64,000 nucleotides of DNA, from contig JBHGNT010000013.1 in NCBI GenBank assembly GCA_043228905.1, positions 2,542,001-2,606,000 of the forward strand, given 5' to 3'. The number at the start of each line of letters is the position of its first letter. The stretch's first letter is position 1. The translations under genes and the position numbers were made by a program. The notes beneath the pieces are model-generated. The model ran no database searches. It worked only from the letters and a program-made list of their open reading frames with translations, and was not told the origin of the DNA. The stretch comes from Azolla caroliniana. Lineage: Eukaryota; Plantae; Polypodiophyta. Positions 59,342-64,000 of this stretch are shown here, in pieces.

Positions 59342-62300
59342 ATGGAAGGGGAAGGAGGGTGTTTAGAATTACCCCTCAATGATCTTCAGGATAGGGATGA
59401 CGCTATTAGGACACAACAAGTGATACGAAAGTATTGGGCAGGAAAAAAAAAACATCGTCAATTGTTGAAGGATACGAAAGCCACACTCACTAAAGGTAAA
59501 GATAGTATTGGTTGGGATATAGGTCTAAATTTCACTGAGAATGGAAGTAATGAGACTACTTCATAGAGAGAAAGGTTGTAGACTATTTCATTGTTCAAAC
59601 CAAGCACATCAGCAATGAAGACAATAAGGTAGTACTTTATGGAATATTAAATTATCTATCGATAAAGGAGTTAGTTGATTGTGATTGTCTTAATGCAAAC
59701 ATAACATTTGTACTAGTAAATAATCTCCGTAATAGTTTCGTATCCATGAGCAGGTCAGAAGATGATCTTGTCTTAAAAAGGTCTAGTCTAATGATGTTAC
59801 TTAATAGTGATGTTGACGATATTAACATCAGTGTGCTATCTAAGGTAATACATTGGACCGGATAGTGTCCTCGGGTGAAGGAACTAGTCTGCTAAAGCTA
59901 ACAACAAGATGTAACCCAATGACACCCATAACATCAGAAATCAAGGATATAATCACAATATTTTGGACTAATGAGAGTAGGGTTTCACCCAATAAGAAGG
60001 ATTTATGCAGGAAACGTGTTGGAAGGAGTCAATACGAGGAGCATCCCATTCATCTTCTTGATGTACCTCAGGTATTTACATTTATCTCAACATTTGTTTT
60101 GACTTTTGAGCTTAGTAGTTAGCTTAGTAATAGCTAATTAGCTACCAAAACAGCTAATTAGCTCCCTAAGTATATCGAACATAGCTATTTAGCTACCAGA
60201 ATAACTATTTAGCTACCATTCATAGCTATTTAGCTACCACAATACCTAATTAGCTGCCTATAACAATAGCTAATTAGCTACCAAAACTGGCTAAAGTATG
60301 GTAGTAGCTAATTAGCTACTAGTTAGTTAATTAGCAACTCAGCTAAAGTATGGTAGTAGTTAATTAGCCACTATAGCTAAAGTATGGTAGTAGCTAATTA
60401 GCTACCACTTAACTATTTAGCTATTGTACTAAACTATGGTAGTAGCTAATTAGCTAAGTGGTAGCTAATTAGCTACTCAGCTAAAGTATGGTAGTAGCTA
60501 TTTAGCTACCAGTTAGCTAATTAGCGACTCAGCTAAAGGATGGTAGTAGCTAATTAGCCACTATAACTAAAGTATGGTAGTAGCTAATTAGCTACCACTT
60601 AACTATTTAGCTATTGTACTAAACTATGGTAGTAGCTAATTAGCTAAGTGGTAGCTAATTAGCTAAAGTATGGTAGTAGCTAATTAGCTACCACTTAGCT
60701 AATTAGCTACTCAACTAAAGTATGGTAGTAGCTAATTAGCTACCACTTAGCTAATTAGCTATTGTACTAAACTATGGTAGTAGCTAATTAGCTACCACTT
60801 AACTAATTAGCTACTCAACTAAAGTATGGTAGTAGCTAATTAGCTACTGTACTAAACTATGGTAGTAGCTAATTAGCTACCACTTAGCCATAGAGCTAAT
60901 CAGTATGTCCATTTTATTACATAGGTCAATTTATTTATTAGGTTAAGGCGAATGCATCCAAATATCAAAGTTCAACTACGAATATTTGAGTCTCTTAAGC
61001 CACACTTTGTGAGACGCTTGAAGGATCGATACACATGTTGTTGCATTTACCATGTACAAATGGGTTTTCTCAAGGACTCTGTTAATCTACTACGTCACCA
61101 TAGCGTCTCCCTAACAAATGCAGTTTGCACTTGTGTGTGCCCAATTTGTCGATTGAGCCCGCATGAGCATTGTAAATCATCTGAGCATGTTATCTCTTCC
61201 ATGAGTTGTCTTTTAGATTCAGTATTGTGTCTGATAGAAACTGAGGCCATCTTCCACAGTCATAAATGTGTCATGGGTTTATGTCAAGATTGTGGCCTTA
61301 GTAGATTTAGGTGGTGTCCAAAATGAATTGAGTAGTGACATACTAATCTCTGTCAAGTTATTTGAGTCAGTTGACACCAATTTCGAAGGAAAGGTGTGTA
61401 AAAGAAAGGATCTAGTTAGGAATTCACTTAAACCAAGGGATTTGGCGTCTCTATTTGTAGTATCTCTAGGAAAGTTCATTAAACACAACTTCATTTATTC
61501 ATGGCAAGCCCATTAGTTTAAGACTTGCATATCTGATTTTCCAAATGATGTAGTAGTCTCAGTAGTAGATTTCGCAGAGAATTATACTTTCAAGCAGCAG
61601 AATGAAATTCAATCTATGCATTGGTGTTCAGCGCAGGTAACCATTTTTGTGCACATAACATATTTTCGAGTTTCAGATGATGTTAAAAAGTAATTCATTT
61701 TTTCATTTCTGATGATAAGAAGCATGATACCTTGTTCGTCCAACATTGTTTTAACTTACATTGGCAATGGTTATTAGCTAAACGTTTTGAGCTTACTCAA
61801 CATTGGGTCTGGTCTGATGGAGTTGCATCACAATTCAAGGCTAGACGTCCATTTTATTTTGTGGGGAGGTATCCTACTATAACAGGTTTGGAGTTGAGAT
61901 GGAATTTTTTTGGGTCTGGCCATGGTACAGGTGTTGTTATAAAGCGGGCACTTACCCATGAACAATTAAAGGCAGATGGTGTGTAAATGAATTGTGCAAC
62001 ACATGTAGTTGAATTTTTAAGAGCTAATATGTCAACGACTGCAACTAGTGTTTATTCCTCACAGGTCAGAGATATCAAACGTGAATTTTGGGAAGTGAAG
62101 ATAGTTGAAGTAAATAGGGAGAAGATATGGGAGTGCCAAGGAATTCCCGAATTGTGATCTCTCCATGTTGTTCGTGGTTATTCTAGGTTAGATGGTCATT
62201 GTATTGCGGCTAGAGAATTAACTTGTTTTTGCTTCCATTGTGTGAAGGGAAATTGGAGGTATTGTTTAAACAAAGCATATATTCAAAATTGGGAGTATCA

Positions 62301-62748
62301 TACATTGAACGATAAGGAAGTAGTTGATGGAGAAACAGAAAAGAATGTTGACTTCACATATCAAGGGCGTGGAGATACTTTGAGTGATGTCTTAAATTTT
62401 GGGGATAATTTCGTTGTAAATGTAGAAGAAGGCAATTCAGAGGGTGTTGATTTCTATATATCGAAGTGCACGGTTAGTAAACAGTGTGCAACGCAGAATA
62501 TGTTAGATGCTTGGGGAAATGTTGTATCTACCGGCACATTCTACACCGAATGTATTTTTTATGCAAGACTAGATGATTATGATTATGTGTATAGGCTATT
62601 AGAAGACAAACCAATGGTGTACATGTACTCACATTTGGTCAGGTGCATCAATGTCCCAATGTCGCAATACAATAGTTGCTCAAGTTTATACATAGTTAAT
62701 GCTAATGTGTATGAATGTATTTACAAAAGTATGCCATGGAATTTGTAG
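59342..62748 (+). pseudogene. Sola2-like DDD transposase pseudogene with an intron at 60072-60924
   Basis: HPNIKV..FESLKPHFV..CCCIYH, CVMGLCQDCG, VDFAENY..EIQSMHW, ISDDKKHD, WSDGVASQFK, FFGSGHG (the following KGxxDG is missing) and CFCFHC. Several stops are present. Confidence 0.8.
60113..60900. repeat. Intronic minisatellite of palindromic TAGCTAATTAGCTA units
   Basis: Many TAGCTAATTAGCTA copies interleaved with AAAGTATGGTAG and AAACTATGGTAG. Confidence 0.92.
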
Positions 62749-63134
62749 CTACAAGTAGCAATTACTAGTTTTCTTGTAAAACAAACAAAGCACATGTATT
62801 GCAAATAAACAGTTTAATGGACCTGTTTGGGAGTTTCTTTTTTTCATATACAGTCTACTTTTTGTGCTTCTTTCTCAACAAAATCGTGTGTCATTTTTAT
62901 ATACAATCTTCTTTCTTATATACAGTTTAATAATATTGTTTAGGGTTCTTCTTTCTGAGATACAGATTTACTCAAGTGAACCATGTACAAGTTAAAATAG
63001 TTTGAATAATTTTAAGAAAAAGCACTATCATGAAATCAGCAATCCTGAACATACTCTTAAAATTACACAGTAGATAAGTTACTCAAAACAAGCAATTTAA
63101 TTCTTCATTGATTGAGTGGTAGCAAATTACATAT

Positions 63135-63978
63135 TTATAACATCCCATTACCAATGTCTTGAAATCGTCTATAAACAGCTAAGCTCTTGTTGGTCACTGG
63201 AACTTCTCTACATATATGATCTACATATCGAGCTCGGTATGGAGTCCACAACCATGTAGCTAGTTGGCAGCTCAATGTTTTCACCAAATAGTGTTTAGGC
63301 ATTTCATCGGGTAGAATGAGACAACATCTGCGAATGTTGAAGTAATGTCGAAAATGTTCTGTATCCAAAATCAACGTATTGTCAGTATTATAATCTGGCA
63401 GTGTCCCAAAAATTAGAAAGTCTTTTGAATCTTGCAACATCATTCTACTCACAATTCTCTCATATTCATTGACCCTTGAAATGTTGTCACCACTTCAGGA
63501 AGAATCTTTCTACACACTTCCACACATCTGTATGTGGTTTTTCGCTCCAAATAAACAAATAAAAATATTGCACAACCCACTCCAGAAATTGATTTGTGTC
63601 CCTCCTTGGTGTCATATATCGCACACTCATCAAGACTTTATCAAGCTCCAAGATCAAGGCTCTTCTTTCGACTTCTAATAGTTTAGATTTCCATTCCTGT
63701 AATTGAGCCTCTGTTACACCAATTACTGATAGCACACGATCAATTTCAATCAACTCAGGTTCTATCGGCACAATTGGTGTCCTTTTCCTCTTCAAACCCC
63801 TGGTCAACTGTGTTAGGCCTAGCTTCACATTCTGGTGCTCTTGTGTTGTCGACTTAGTCATTGGCTCAATGCATGTATATACTGATCTGGACGATATCAG
63901 ACCACTGGTATCACATGTTGCATCTACCTGCAAAGTCAGATCATCTGTGCAACATGCTTGATCAATTTGCGTGACCAA
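63135..63978 (-). pseudogene. FCP1/SCP (NIF, HAD-fold) phosphatase-like protein with a degenerate catalytic motif; frameshifted; 5' end may lie beyond the window
   Basis: ALILELDKVLM ~ LVLDLDETLV; PRRDTNQFLEWVVQYFYLFIWS ~ KRPxxxxFLxxxxxxFExxxWS; KDF..YNTDNTLILD ~ KDL..NTLLIDD. Confidence 0.6.
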
Positions 63979-64000
63979 ATCATTTGTGTCAGTTGCTACA

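Larger units (their letters stand above)
47097..64000 (+). mobile_element. Sola2-type DNA transposon running off the window; hosts retroelements F and G
   Basis: Starts GGGTGAAAG inside the LTR of Copia E. Subterminal repeats and an 84-bp array lead to a transposase with DFAENY, WSDG and GHG motifs. Confidence 0.7.

Noticed and set aside
58510-60900. CRISPR-like appearance of the 84-bp and TAGCTAATTAGCTA arrays
   Set aside because: The units are tandem with no unique spacers, there are no cas genes, and the context is eukaryotic.
61560-61960. Active or domesticated transposase
   Set aside because: It has several stops and a frameshift, and has lost the segment carrying the third catalytic Asp after GHG.

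Overview
This window is plant nuclear heterochromatin, most likely from a seed-free plant such as a fern, inferred from the Tcn1-like chromoviruses, the Trp-primed Gypsy lineage, Sola2 transposons and a plastid 16S fragment. I found no intact host gene. Almost the whole window can be read as one Tork/Tnt1-like Copia (pieces at 4025-5875 and 39296-47096) inflated by nested insertions. These are: two Gypsy copies of a tRNA-Trp-primed lineage (the complete copy has a 4-bp TSD), a young Reina-like chromovirus, two self-priming Tcn1-like chromoviruses, four more Copia elements, three solo LTRs, a 146-bp plastid 16S fragment, and two Sola2-type DNA transposons sharing a GGGTGAAAG terminus. The most notable observations are: (1) degenerate tRNA-like Pol III A/B-box modules lying antisense inside three different LTR types; (2) Tf1-style self-priming with a 23-bp palindrome at the predicted start site; (3) Sola2-type elements that appear to carry cargo genes (a spliced coiled-coil+RING-H2 gene and an FCP1/SCP-like pseudophosphatase); (4) conserved -1 frameshift signals in both duplicated Gypsy families. 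All boundaries and counts were read by eye, and lineage names come from motif recognition, not database searches.
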